Shown: positions 8,685 through 18,476 of the stretch, in pieces
Position numbering within the stretch: position 1 is the first letter of the stretch
Layout of the letters: every line of letters begins with the position of its first letter
Source: Candidatus Aminicenantia bacterium
Lineage (GTDB): Bacteria > Acidobacteriota > Aminicenantia > Aminicenantales > Saccharicenantaceae
Assembly: GCA_041479905.1 (NCBI GenBank)
Contig: JBGOYY010000009.1
Coordinates: forward strand, 653 to 64,652
DNA length: 64,000 nt
Direction: 5' to 3'
Position numbers and translations under genes: made by a program
The notes under the pieces: generated by a model
What the model saw: only the letters and a program-made list of their open reading frames with translations
What the model was told of the DNA's origin: nothing
The model's database searches: none

Positions 8685-9650
8685 TCACTTCTTGATGGCT
8701 TCGAGGATGGCCTTGGCCTGGGCCGTCCTCTCCGTCTCCGGCTCGAGTTTGATGAACTTCTCCAGGTTCTCGGCGGCCTTGGGATTGTCGCCCTTGTTGA
8801 GGTAGGCGTAGGCCAGCCTGAGGTACGGGTCCGGCCAGTCGGGCTTGATCTGGATGGCCATGTCGAAATAGCGGATGGCTTCGTCGATCTGCTGGTTCGA
8901 AAAGTAGATCTCGGCGACGTTATAGGGCAGGTTCTCGTCCTGGGGGGCCATCTCGATCGATTTCTTGAAGTAGTCCTGGGACTCGGCGAGTTTCCCCTGT
9001 TTCATGAAGCAAAGCCCTATGGCGGCCAGGCCCTTGGCGCTCAGGTTTTTTCCCATGGTCACGTCGCCGGCCGCCTGCTCGACGAGCTGGTTGTACTTCT
9101 CGATAGCCTTGTCGTACTCGCCCTTCTCCCGGTAACAGTCTCCGATGTTCAGGAGGACCTGGTAGGCCCCGGGGTTCTTGGCCAGGAATTCCTCGTACAT
9201 GGTGAGCGCCGTGTCGTATTTGCCGTCATTGAAGAAGGCGTTGCCCTCCTCCAGGGTCTGGAAGGTGGTCTCGTCCTGGACGACGCCCGACCCCGCCGCC
9301 TGCTTGGTCAGTTTCAAAGTGACCTTGGGGTTCTTGTCGAGCTGGCGGACATAAGCGTTGACGGTAACCGGAAGGTAGCCCTTGGCATTGGCGGTCACGA
9401 CCCAGCTCCCCGTTCCCACGCCGATGATCCCCCAGTCCCCTTTTTTATCGGTCGTCGTCTCGAAGGTGCTCCCGCCCGTCTGGTCGAAGACGATGGTCAC
9501 CTTGGCTCCCACGACGGGCTTGCCGTCGGCGTCGATGACGGTCCCGCCGAGCCTGGCGACGCCGCGGCCGGCCTGGCCGATGGCCAACCCGGCAGTCAAG
9601 AGGATGGTCACGGCGCCGGCCGCGAATTTCGAGAGAACTCGTTTATGCAT
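8685..9650 (-). CDS. Secreted TPR-repeat protein with N-terminal carboxypeptidase-regulatory-like domain
   Basis: AGGAGG upstream of ATG 9650. Signal peptide (MHKRVLSKFAAGAVTILLTAGLAIGQ), GTVIDADGKPVVGAKVTIV, then several TPR-like repeats (GNAFFNDGKYDTALTMYEEFL, GDCYREKGEYDKAIEKY and others). Confidence 0.75.
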   Translation of the reverse strand: MHKRVLSKFAAGAVTILLTAGLAIGQAGRGVARLGGTVIDADGKPVVGAKVTIVFDQTGGSTFETTTDKKGDWGIIGVGTGSWVVTANAKGYLPVTVNAYVRQLDKNPKVTLKLTKQAAGSGVVQDETTFQTLEEGNAFFNDGKYDTALTMYEEFLAKNPGAYQVLLNIGDCYREKGEYDKAIEKYNQLVEQAAGDVTMGKNLSAKGLAAIGLCFMKQGKLAESQDYFKKSIEMAPQDENLPYNVAEIYFSNQQIDEAIRYFDMAIQIKPDWPDPYLRLAYAYLNKGDNPKAAENLEKFIKLEPETERTAQAKAILEAIKK

Positions 9651-9997
9651 CAAGGCCTCCTGTGGCGGGCTCGACCGGGTTCGACGTCCTGCCGGTTCCC
9701 GCGTTACACGGATGAGATGATCTACCCCTATTATCCAACCTGGCCGTTTTTTTTTCAAGTTCGCCGTCACGGCCAAAATTGCCGGCGGAGCTCCCGGGGG
9801 AGATTCCATTTGTCGGGTGCACCGGAGTCGCGTTCTATCGGCCGTTTTTGGGCGCCTTGGCCGGGCTTCCCACCGGCTTTGCAGTGCCGGTGCTGGAAAC
9901 CGGCAGTCCCGGTCCTGGCAAGGCCGGGGCCGGCGGCGACACTCGAATTGACAACCCGCCTCTCCTGGAGTAAAAAAGAACGGCGGAGGTGAAGAAG

Positions 9998-11503
9998 ATG
10001 AAATATCCAAGAATATTCCGTTACTCGTTCATCCTGTTCCTGGCCCTGGCCATGGCCGGAAGCTTTCTGGCCGGCCAGAACCTCGAGGACAAGGTCCACT
10101 CCCGGACTCTCGGGAACGGGATGACGGTCATCCTCGTCGAGAGGCACGGCGCTCCCGTCTTCAGCACGATCTACGGCTTCAAGGTCGGCTCCGTCGACGA
10201 GATCCCGGGCATCACCGGGACCGCCCACCTTTTCGAACACATGGCCTTCAAGGGCACGCCCAGGATCGGGACGTCCGATTTCGAGAAGGAAAAGCCGATC
10301 ATGGAAAAGGTCAACCAGGTCGGCCGGGAATGGAGCCTGGAGCTCGTCAAGGGCGAGCGGGCCGACAAGGAAAAACTGGCCCGTCTGCGCGAGGAACTGA
10401 CCCGGCTCGAGGCCGAGCAGAAAAATTTCATCGTCAAGGACGAGATCGACGTCCTTTACAGCAACGTCGGAGGCACCGGGCTCAACGCCGGGACGGGCAC
10501 GGACCAGACGATGTACATCATCAACCTGCCCGCGAACCAGCTCGAGCTTTTCTGCCTGATCGAATCCGAACGGATCCGGAACACCGTTCTGCGCGAGTTC
10601 TACACCGAGCGGAGCGTCATCCAGGAGGAGCGGAAGCAGACGACGGACGCCAGCCCGGCGCGCCTGCTGAACGAGATGTTCATGGGGGCGGCCTTCCTCG
10701 CCCATCCCTACAACCACCCCGTCGTGGGCTGGGCCTCGGACATCGCCTCCGTGACCCTGGAGGAGGCCCGGGCCTTCAAGAACAAGTATTACACTCCTAA
10801 TAACTGCGTCCTGGCCATCGCGGGCGACGTCTATCCGGAAAAAGCCTGGCCCCTGATCGAGAAGTATTTCGGCGACATCCCGCGGGGCGAAGACCCGCCC
10901 GTCCTGAGGACGGTCGAGCCGAAACAGCTCGGCGAGCGGCGGGTCCGGTTCGAGTTCGACGCCGAGCCCATGCTCATGATGGGCTTCCACAAGCCCACCT
11001 TCCCGAGCAAGGAGGACGCGGCGGCGAGCGTGCTGGCCAGCATCCTGACCTCCGGACGGACATCGCGAATGAACAAGGACCTCGTCCAGGAGAAGCAGAT
11101 CGCGGTCTCCGTCAGCGCGAGCGCCGGCGGCGGCGGCGTCCGCTACCCGAATCTCTTCACCTTCAACGCGACGCCCCGCTTTCCCCACACCGTCGAGGAA
11201 GTGGAAAAGGCCATCCTCGAGCACATCGAAAAGGTCAAGGCGGAGCCCGTCAGCGAGCGGGAACTGCAGAAAGTCAAGAACAGCTGGGAGGCCTCCTACA
11301 TCCGTCAGATGAGCTCGAATATGGGGTTGGCGATGATGCTGACCCGATATCAACTGCTCTTCGGGGACTGGAAACTCTATCTTAAATACAAGGACATCCT
11401 GACCGGCATTACGGCTGCGGACGTCATGGATTTCGCCAAGACCTACCTAACGCCGGAGAACCGGACCGTGGCCTTCCTCGTCAAGAAGGCCAAGGCGAAC
11501 TGA
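9998..11503 (+). CDS. M16-family (pitrilysin/insulinase-like) zinc peptidase, active-site subunit
   Basis: HLFEHMAFKG contains the inverted HxxEH zinc motif, and a signal peptide is present. GGAGG at 9984-9988 fits ATG 9998 better than the GTG at 9989 given by the track. Confidence 0.85.
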   Translation: MKYPRIFRYSFILFLALAMAGSFLAGQNLEDKVHSRTLGNGMTVILVERHGAPVFSTIYGFKVGSVDEIPGITGTAHLFEHMAFKGTPRIGTSDFEKEKPIMEKVNQVGREWSLELVKGERADKEKLARLREELTRLEAEQKNFIVKDEIDVLYSNVGGTGLNAGTGTDQTMYIINLPANQLELFCLIESERIRNTVLREFYTERSVIQEERKQTTDASPARLLNEMFMGAAFLAHPYNHPVVGWASDIASVTLEEARAFKNKYYTPNNCVLAIAGDVYPEKAWPLIEKYFGDIPRGEDPPVLRTVEPKQLGERRVRFEFDAEPMLMMGFHKPTFPSKEDAAASVLASILTSGRTSRMNKDLVQEKQIAVSVSASAGGGGVRYPNLFTFNATPRFPHTVEEVEKAILEHIEKVKAEPVSERELQKVKNSWEASYIRQMSSNMGLAMMLTRYQLLFGDWKLYLKYKDILTGITAADVMDFAKTYLTPENRTVAFLVKKAKAN

Positions 11504-11516
11504 GGGGAGCAAGATC

Positions 11517-12974
11517 ATGAACAGCAAGAAAATCGTCAAAGGACTGGTTCTTGGATCGGTTCTCGCCGCCCTCGTCCTGACGGCCACCGCCCAAAAACAC
11601 CCGCGCGAGCTCGGCCCGGCGCCGGAACTCAAATTCAAACTGACCAAGCCGGTGATGTTCACCCTGTCGAACGGCATCCGGTGTTTTTACATGGAGGACA
11701 AGGAACTGCCTCTCATTTCCCTCCGAGGGCTTATCAAGGGCGGAAACTTCTGCGAGCCGGCCGATAAGACCGGGCTGGCTTCCCTCGTCGGCCAGGTCCT
11801 TCGGACCGGCGGCACCAAGACCCGCACCGGAGACCAGATCAACGAAGAGCTCGAGTTCATCGCCGCTTCGATCGAATCATTCGTCAACAATGAGTATCTC
11901 ACCGTATCCGGGATCTCCCTCAAAAAGGATTTTGCCAAGCTCATCGAGATCTATGCCGACATCCTCATGAATCCCGAGTTCCGTCAAGACAAGATCGACC
12001 TGGCCAAGAACCAGACTTATGAGGGGATGCGGCGGCGGTGGGACCAGCCCATGCAAGTGGCCATGCTCCTCTTCAACGAAAAGCTCTACGGCGCGGATAC
12101 GCCTTTCGGACGGAGGTCCACGCCGGCCTCGGTCAAAGCCGTCACTCGAGACGACCTCGTTGCCTTTTACAAGAGATATAGCGCTCCCAATAATTTCGCC
12201 CTGGGCATCACGGGGGACCTCTCGATGAGCGAGGCCAAGGCCGTCCTGGAGAAAGCCTTCGGCGGCTGGGCCAAAAAGAAGGTGACGTTCCCGGAGGTCG
12301 CTCCTCCCGTCGAGAAGGCCGACGGGACCATCTACTATGCCTCCAAGGACACGCCCCAAGGGAACGTTTACATGGGACACCTGGGCATCACCCAGAAAAG
12401 CCCGGACGAGTTCAAGGTCGAGGTCATGAACGACATTCTGGGCGGCGGCGGCTTCACGGCCCGCCTGATGAAAGAGCTGCGCTCGAACCGCGGCCTGACC
12501 TACGGGATTTACGGCGGCGTCAACGAGGGGACCGGAAAGAACAGAGGCACTTTCCAGATCGGCTCCCAGCTCAAGGCGGCCAAGTTCGTCGAGGCCGTCG
12601 AGACGATCAAGGGCATCATCAAGGACATGCAGACGACCCCCGTGACGGACGAGGAAATCACGACGGCCAAGAACTCCCTCATCAACAGCTTCGTCTTCCG
12701 GTTCGAACAGAAAAGCCAGATCCTGGCCCAATTCATGAGCCTCAAGCTCGACGGCTATCCGGACAGCTACCTCGAAACCTACATCGACAGCATCCGCAAG
12801 GTGACCAAAGCCGACATCCAGGACGCGGCCCGGAAGTATATGGACCCCGCGAAGATGATCCTCGTCGTCGTCGGCGACGAGAAGAAGTTCGACAAGCCCC
12901 TCTCGAGTCTGGGCAAGGTAGCGACGATCGACATCAAGGCGCTCCAGGAGGCGGAGAAGGGGCCGGCGAAATAA
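11517..12974 (+). CDS. M16-family peptidase, second (non-catalytic-type) subunit
   Basis: Lies 13 nt downstream of the first M16 gene, with a signal peptide and the same two-domain M16 length. I see no HxxEH, which is typical of paired M16B partners. Confidence 0.75.
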   Translation: MNSKKIVKGLVLGSVLAALVLTATAQKHPRELGPAPELKFKLTKPVMFTLSNGIRCFYMEDKELPLISLRGLIKGGNFCEPADKTGLASLVGQVLRTGGTKTRTGDQINEELEFIAASIESFVNNEYLTVSGISLKKDFAKLIEIYADILMNPEFRQDKIDLAKNQTYEGMRRRWDQPMQVAMLLFNEKLYGADTPFGRRSTPASVKAVTRDDLVAFYKRYSAPNNFALGITGDLSMSEAKAVLEKAFGGWAKKKVTFPEVAPPVEKADGTIYYASKDTPQGNVYMGHLGITQKSPDEFKVEVMNDILGGGGFTARLMKELRSNRGLTYGIYGGVNEGTGKNRGTFQIGSQLKAAKFVEAVETIKGIIKDMQTTPVTDEEITTAKNSLINSFVFRFEQKSQILAQFMSLKLDGYPDSYLETYIDSIRKVTKADIQDAARKYMDPAKMILVVVGDEKKFDKPLSSLGKVATIDIKALQEAEKGPAK

Positions 12975-13015
12975 TCCAAAAAACTACTAGAATCCTGGTC
13001 GTGAGAGGTGCTCCG

Positions 13016-13885
13016 ATGAAGCGCAGACCCGAGTTCGTCCCCGCCGTCGTCCTGGTCCTCGCCGCCCTGGCGCTTTTACCGTCCTCCTGTTCCCGCCGCC
13101 AGCCCGAGCCTGCCCCCGCCGCCCCGCAGACGGCCGACGATGTCCGGGTCAGGGAGACGACGGTCCGCAACGTCACCGAGAGTCCGGTCGCCTACAAGAT
13201 CTACCCCTCCGGCAAGCCGGAGGCGCGCGAGACGCGCGAGATCGCGCCCGGGACCATCGACCGCTTCCGGACCGCGACGCCTCTCGAAATCGAATTCAAC
13301 ACGGGCCGGAAGGACGCGATCTACTCCCTCGACCCGGGCAGTCCCTATTCCTTCCGCTACGACGAAGGGACGACGATCGAGCTCTTTCTCGGCTCCCACG
13401 GCCGGGCCGACGCCGTCGACCTCGCCCCCTGGGTGCCGACGCCCCAGCCCATCGTCGACCGGATGCTCGAGCTTGCCTCCCTGTCCGGCAAGGACGTCCT
13501 TTACGACATCGGCTGCGGCGACGGCCGCATCGTCATCACGGCGGCCCGCCGGTACGGCGTCCGCGGCGTCGGCATCGACATCGACAAGGCCATGATCGAG
13601 GAGTCGGAGCGGGACGCCAAGTCCGCGGGGGTCGAACGGCAGGTCAAGTTCATCTGCATGGACGCGACGAAGGCCGATATCTCGGAAGCGACGGTCGTCA
13701 GCCTCTACCTTCTGCCCGAATCGAACGCCCTGATGCGGCCCCTCCTCGAGGCCCAGCTCCGGCCCAAGAGCCGGGTCGTCTGCCACAACTACACCATCCC
13801 CGGCTGGGAGGAAAAGCAGGTCCAAAGCGAAACGGTCAAGGACGAGAACGGCGAAGACCATTACATCTACCTGTATATCCGCTGA
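13016..13885 (+). CDS. Lipoprotein with C-terminal class I SAM-dependent methyltransferase domain
   Basis: Lipobox-like LLPSSC. VLYDIGCGDGRIV is SAM motif I, followed by GVGIDID (motif II). GAGAGGTG lies 5 nt upstream of ATG 13016. Confidence 0.65.
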   Translation: MKRRPEFVPAVVLVLAALALLPSSCSRRQPEPAPAAPQTADDVRVRETTVRNVTESPVAYKIYPSGKPEARETREIAPGTIDRFRTATPLEIEFNTGRKDAIYSLDPGSPYSFRYDEGTTIELFLGSHGRADAVDLAPWVPTPQPIVDRMLELASLSGKDVLYDIGCGDGRIVITAARRYGVRGVGIDIDKAMIEESERDAKSAGVERQVKFICMDATKADISEATVVSLYLLPESNALMRPLLEAQLRPKSRVVCHNYTIPGWEEKQVQSETVKDENGEDHYIYLYIR

Positions 13886-13907
13886 TGCCGCCCAGGAGGA
13901 GCCGACC

Positions 13908-14240
13908 ATGAAAATTGCCGACGTGCCCTTCACGGTGACGGATTTTCAGTCCATCGCGCCCGTCGAGCATGAGGGCGAGACCGGGACATCCTTCTGGCGG
14001 GTTTTCGAATCCGGCAACGTCCGGGCCAGGGTCGTCGACTATTCGGCGGGCTACCGCTCCAACCACTGGTGCCCGCGGGGCCATGTTTTCTACGTCTTGG
14101 AAGGCGAGTTCGGCGTCGTCCTCAAGGACGGCCGGAATTTCCGCCTCGGGCCAGGGATGAGTTTCGCCGCCGGGGATGACGAGGCGAACCCCCATCTCGG
14201 TTACTCGGAGAAAGGGGCCCGGGTCTTCATCGTCGACTGA
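13908..14240 (+). CDS. Small cupin-fold protein
   Basis: 110 aa with HWCPRGHVFYVLEGEF...GPGMSF, a cupin-like two-motif pattern. Confidence 0.55.
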   Translation: MKIADVPFTVTDFQSIAPVEHEGETGTSFWRVFESGNVRARVVDYSAGYRSNHWCPRGHVFYVLEGEFGVVLKDGRNFRLGPGMSFAAGDDEANPHLGYSEKGARVFIVD

Positions 14241-14311
14241 CCGGACGCGGCAAGACGACATTTCGGCGCCGGCTTCAATCGTCGTCGGATGAGCCCCGGA
14301 ATTAGGAAAAG

Positions 14312-14343
14312 AAAAAAAGGCGCCTCCGCCCGGCGGAGACGCC
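14312..14343 (-). terminator. Rho-independent terminator of OMP gene 14379-14993
   Basis: On the minus strand a GGCGTCTCCGCCGGGCGGAGGCGCC hairpin is followed by T7. Confidence 0.7.
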
Positions 14344-14378
14344 TTGGTCGTCGATAAGTTTACAGGCTGGCCGTTGTC

Positions 14379-14993
14379 TCAGAACGCGATGCCGATCGTC
14401 GCCGACCAGACGCCGTTCTTGATGTCGGGCTGGTACCCTTCAACAATGTTGTACACCTTCTGTATACCCAGGCTGTAACGGGCGTCAACCATAAAATTGC
14501 GACCCAGGTTCAGGCCGGCCCCGAAGATGGCTCCGTAGTCGTTGTTCTTAAAAAGCGTATCGCTCAACGGAACGCCGTCCCCTTCGTGCTTCTCACTAAG
14601 CTTGAAGCCTACAGAAGGACCGGCGAAGACGAAGGGCTGGACAATCGGCAGGGGAATCCGGAGCTTCAGAAGCAGGGGGATCTCGATGTAATCGCCGTAG
14701 AGCTTCTCCGTGAACGTGTCGTCGAGAGAAATATAGGTCGCCCCCTTCATCGTGTACAGGACTTCCCACTGGATGGTCACGACTTTGCCGAAGTTGAACG
14801 CCAGGAAAATACCACCGATGAAACCTATTCTGTTTTTCAGGGTTCCATTAATGTCCTGTGTGTCGGCGCCGGTCGGCTTGGCCATGTTCCCGCCGGCCTT
14901 GATGCCGAACTGGACGCCGGCTGCGGCCGTTTGGGGAAGGGCGAAGAGACCCGCGAAAGCTGCGATCAAGAGAACAGTCGTCAATCTTTTCAT
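14379..14993 (-). CDS. Outer-membrane beta-barrel protein (OMP_b-brl/porin-like), copy 1
   Basis: Signal peptide ending in AAA, alternating beta-strand pattern, and a C-terminal aromatic terminus (TIGIAF). Confidence 0.75.
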   Translation of the reverse strand: MKRLTTVLLIAAFAGLFALPQTAAAGVQFGIKAGGNMAKPTGADTQDINGTLKNRIGFIGGIFLAFNFGKVVTIQWEVLYTMKGATYISLDDTFTEKLYGDYIEIPLLLKLRIPLPIVQPFVFAGPSVGFKLSEKHEGDGVPLSDTLFKNNDYGAIFGAGLNLGRNFMVDARYSLGIQKVYNIVEGYQPDIKNGVWSATIGIAF

Positions 14994-15147
14994 ATTGCCT
15001 CCTGGTATAGCGGATATCCGGACGCGTCTCTCGCGTCCACGCCCCTACTCTGCCAGCCCAGGCGTTTCCCGGCAATCCCCCCCGAGGAGGATTCGCCCGG
15101 GGATTATCGCCCCCCCGGGGGGTGAGGGAAGGGCCGTTTTCTCATCT

Positions 15148-15197
15148 CCCCATCTTGGCTAGTCGGAAAAAGGGGGCCGCGTCTTCATCGTCGACTG
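15148..15197 (+). pseudogene. Duplicated 3' tail of the cupin gene (relic of a tandem duplication)
   Basis: Matches 14191-14240 in 43 of 50 nt by hand alignment. The stop TGA is changed to TGT and there is no upstream ORF. Confidence 0.7.
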
Positions 15198-15236
15198 TCC
15201 GGCCCGCCCGGCGCCCTTCTTGGGGTGCCCCCGGGC

Positions 15237-15272
15237 AAAATACAAAAGGCGCCTCCGCCCGGCGGAAGCGCC
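15237..15272 (-). terminator. Rho-independent terminator of OMP gene 15298-15915
   Basis: Near-identical copy of the 14319-14343 hairpin (GGCGCTTCCGCCGGGCGGAGGCGCC on the minus strand), followed by TTTTGTATTTT. Confidence 0.6.
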
Positions 15273-15297
15273 TTTGCCGTTTCCGACGAAAAGCCGC

Positions 15298-15915
15298 TTA
15301 GAAGGCGATGCCGATGGTCGCTGCCCAGACGCCGTTCTTGATGTCGGGCTCGATCGTCCCATGCAACGTGTCGTAGACTTTCTGCAGGCCCAGGCTGTAA
15401 CGGACGTCGATCATGAAGTTCCGCCCCAGGTTCAGGCCGGCCCCGAAGACGGCGCCGTAGTCGTTGTTTTTGAGAAGGACGTCGGTCAACGGAACGCCGT
15501 CCCGTTCGAGCTTCTCGCTAAGCTTGAAGCCCAAGGACGGCCCGGCGAAAATGAAGGGCTGGATGATCGGCAAGGGGATCCTGAGTTTCAAGAGAATAGG
15601 GATCTCGATGTAATCGGCATAGAGCTTGTCGGTGTAGCTGTCGTCCAGGGCCACGTAACTCGCCCCCTTCATCGTGTAGAGGATTTCGGGCTGGATGGTC
15701 AGAACGCTGCCGAAGTTGAACGCGAAGAAGATGCCGCCCGTGAAGCCCACCCTGGATTTCAGCGTGGCCATGGGGTCGTCGGCATCGGCGCGAGTCGGCT
15801 TGGCCATGTTTCCGCCGGCTTTGATGCCGAACTGGATGCTGGCGGCGGCCGGCTGGGGAAGTGCGAGTAAACCCGCGAAAGCCGCGATCACGAGTACCGT
15901 TATCAGTCTTTTCAT
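15298..15915 (-). CDS. Outer-membrane beta-barrel protein, copy 2 (tandem paralog)
   Basis: Collinear with copy 1 (MKRLITVLVIAAFAGLLALPQPAAA ... ATIGIAF). GGAGG upstream of ATG 15915; the track start at 15951 is an extension. Confidence 0.75.
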   Translation of the reverse strand: MKRLITVLVIAAFAGLLALPQPAAASIQFGIKAGGNMAKPTRADADDPMATLKSRVGFTGGIFFAFNFGSVLTIQPEILYTMKGASYVALDDSYTDKLYADYIEIPILLKLRIPLPIIQPFIFAGPSLGFKLSEKLERDGVPLTDVLLKNNDYGAVFGAGLNLGRNFMIDVRYSLGLQKVYDTLHGTIEPDIKNGVWAATIGIAF

Positions 15916-16007
15916 ATTGCCTCCACATTCGAGACGGATGTCGGGACGCATTGCCGCGTTCCCGTATCCAGTATGGCAGGCCGAGGCTATTTTGGCAAAC
16001 CCCCTAT

Positions 16008-17036
16008 CTATAAATTGATCAGTTTGAACCCCGCTTTGTCTTTGAGACTCTTGATGTGGTCCTCGACGATCGTTCCCTGTTTCGCGTCCTTGAGCCGCGA
16101 TTCGATCTCGGCCCGGACCTCTTCGAAGGGCCGGGTTTCCTTCTTGCGGTCGACGACTTGGAGGATGTGGTAGCCGTAGGACGTCTCGACGACCCCGCTG
16201 ATCTGGCCGACCGGGACGGAGAAGGCCGCGTCTTCGAACGGCTTGACCATCTGGCCGCGGCCGAAGTTTTCATACAGGCCGCCGTTGTCCTTGGAGCCGG
16301 GGTCCTCGGAGAACTGCTTGGCCAGGGCGGCGAAATCCTCACCCGCCTTGGCCTTCACGAGAATGTCCTCGATCTTCTTGCGGGCCTCGGCCTTTTCCGC
16401 CTCGGTCTTGCCCTGGGTCAGCAGGAGGATGTGGCGCACGGATGCGGTCTTGTCGCCGGCCGTCTCCTCCTGGTAGGCCTTCCGGATGTCCTCCTCGGTG
16501 ACCTTGGCCTTGCCCGCGGCGATACCTTCGAGGTACTTGTTGATGACCAAGGTCTCTTGGACGCTCTTTTTGACGTGGTCGATCGAGATCTCCGCGCCTT
16601 TCAGGGCCTCGAGAAAAGCGGGCTCCCCGCCGGCCTGGGCATATTGGGCCTGCAGGGCCTTATCGACCTCTTCGGCCGGGACGACCGTCTTGGCCCCGGC
16701 GGCCGCGGCGAGAAGGAGCTTGCGCTCGGCGAGCTGGGTCGCCCCTTGTTCGATGATGTTCTTCAGCTGTCCGGCGTCGACGCTCTTGAGCTGGGCGGTC
16801 CGGGTCCCCAGGTTGTCCTGGATGGCCTGGATGACCTCGGCGGCCGTGATCGCCAGACCCTTGCCCTCGACGAGGAGGGTGACCTTGTCCGGGCCGAGCG
16901 CGGGCATGACCGCCGCGAGGTCCTTGGCCAGAGCGTAAGCCGGAGTGCCTTCCTTGAGCACGACTTTCTCGGCTTTCGGGGCGCAGCCGGCGAGGAGCAG
17001 CGTCGAGATCAGGGCTAAAACGAACATGTTCTTCAT
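16008..17036 (-). CDS. Parvulin-type peptidyl-prolyl isomerase lipoprotein (PrsA/SurA-like)
   Basis: Lipobox LLLAGC. Parvulin block SVRHILL...GSKDNGGLY...GQMVKPFEDAAFS...SYGYHILQV. AAGGAG upstream of ATG 17036. Confidence 0.85.
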   Translation of the reverse strand: MKNMFVLALISTLLLAGCAPKAEKVVLKEGTPAYALAKDLAAVMPALGPDKVTLLVEGKGLAITAAEVIQAIQDNLGTRTAQLKSVDAGQLKNIIEQGATQLAERKLLLAAAAGAKTVVPAEEVDKALQAQYAQAGGEPAFLEALKGAEISIDHVKKSVQETLVINKYLEGIAAGKAKVTEEDIRKAYQEETAGDKTASVRHILLLTQGKTEAEKAEARKKIEDILVKAKAGEDFAALAKQFSEDPGSKDNGGLYENFGRGQMVKPFEDAAFSVPVGQISGVVETSYGYHILQVVDRKKETRPFEEVRAEIESRLKDAKQGTIVEDHIKSLKDKAGFKLINL

Positions 17037-17117
17037 GCGATTCTCCTTGGGTTTTCGGGAAACATCCCGATATTTAACCACAGATGGGCGGGCAACGCAA
17101 AGGATTTCTCGGGCTTT

Positions 17118-18389
17118 TCAGCCGGCGACGACGCGGTGGAATTTCTTCTTGCCGGCCTTAAGGAGCATGCCGCCGTCGGGGCCGAGGTCCTTGACGGTCA
17201 CGAGACGCTCGACCGTATCGATGCGCTCGTCGTTGACATAGAGGCCGCCCTGCTCGACGAGCCTTTTCGCTTCGCGGCGCGAAGGCGTCAGGCCGACCTC
17301 GGTGAAGAGCTCGGCCGGGCTGATGCCGGCTTCGAGCCGGGCGCGCGGGACGGCCGTCGTCGGAAGGACGGTGATATCGCCCGTGCCGAATTGCCCTGTC
17401 GCCGGATTGGGATTAACCGTCTTGCCGCCGAAAGCCGCGGCCGTAGCAGATCTGGCCTCTTCCGCGGCCTTCTCGCCGTGCGTGATCTTCGTCGCTTCGA
17501 ACGCCAGGATGCGCTTGGCCTCGTTGACCTCGCTGTCCTTGAGCGACTCCAACCGGCGGACCTCGTCGAGCGGCAGGAGGGTGAAGATCTTCAAGAAGCG
17601 GCCGACGTCCCGGTCGTCACAGTTGACCCAATACTGGTAGAAATCGTAGGGACCGAACAGCGCGGCGTCGAGCCAGACGGCGCCCTGAGCGGTCTTGCCC
17701 ATCTTGGCCCCCGACGCCGTGGTCAGGAGGGGGAAGGTCAGGGCCTCGGCCGTCCCGCCTTCGACCCGGCGGATGAGGTCGACGCCGGCGAGGATGTTGC
17801 CCCACTGGTCGTCGCCGCCCATCTGCAGGGTGCAGCCGTATTTCCGGTAGAGCGTCAGGTAGTCGTAGGCCTGGAGGAGTTGGTAGTTGAACTCGATGAA
17901 GGACAGGCCCTTCTCGAGCCGGAGCTTGTAGGCTTCGGCGGCCAGCATCCGGTTGACGCTGAAGTGCCGGCCGATGTCGCGCAGAAAGGCGATGTAGTTC
18001 AGCGGCAGGAGCCAGTCGGCGTTATCCACGGCGATGGAGTTCGTCCCGTCGAAGCGGAGGTAGCGGGCCAGCTGGAAATGGAGGGCCTGGCCCTGGGCCC
18101 GGATAGTGGCTTCGTCGAGCATCTGACGCATCTCGGTCTTGCCGCTCGGGTCGCCGACCATGGTCGTCCCGCCGCCGACGACGGCGATGACCCGGTGGCC
18201 GGCCCGCTGGAGGTGGACCATGGCCATGATGGGTACGAGGCTCCCGGCGTGGAGGCTCGCGGCCGTGCTGTCGAAACCCACGTAAAACGTGATGGGCTTT
18301 TCCCCGAGCATCTTCCGGACGGCGCCCTCGTCGGACACCTGGGCGACGAAGCCGCGTTCTTTGAGTTCGTCGTAAACGTTACCGCTCAT
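17118..18389 (-). CDS. tyrS: Tyrosine--tRNA ligase
   Basis: GFDSTAASLHAGSL (HIGH-type motif), KMGKT (KMSKS motif) and a C-terminal S4-like domain (RREAKRLVEQGGLYVNDERI). Confidence 0.9.
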   Translation of the reverse strand: MSGNVYDELKERGFVAQVSDEGAVRKMLGEKPITFYVGFDSTAASLHAGSLVPIMAMVHLQRAGHRVIAVVGGGTTMVGDPSGKTEMRQMLDEATIRAQGQALHFQLARYLRFDGTNSIAVDNADWLLPLNYIAFLRDIGRHFSVNRMLAAEAYKLRLEKGLSFIEFNYQLLQAYDYLTLYRKYGCTLQMGGDDQWGNILAGVDLIRRVEGGTAEALTFPLLTTASGAKMGKTAQGAVWLDAALFGPYDFYQYWVNCDDRDVGRFLKIFTLLPLDEVRRLESLKDSEVNEAKRILAFEATKITHGEKAAEEARSATAAAFGGKTVNPNPATGQFGTGDITVLPTTAVPRARLEAGISPAELFTEVGLTPSRREAKRLVEQGGLYVNDERIDTVERLVTVKDLGPDGGMLLKAGKKKFHRVVAG

Positions 18390-18476
18390 GGCCTTTCCTC
18401 GAGAGTTTTATATCACAAGAGGTCCGGCCCCGTCCATCCGCGGCCTTTTTCAGATTCCTTAAATATTCTAGTGCTT

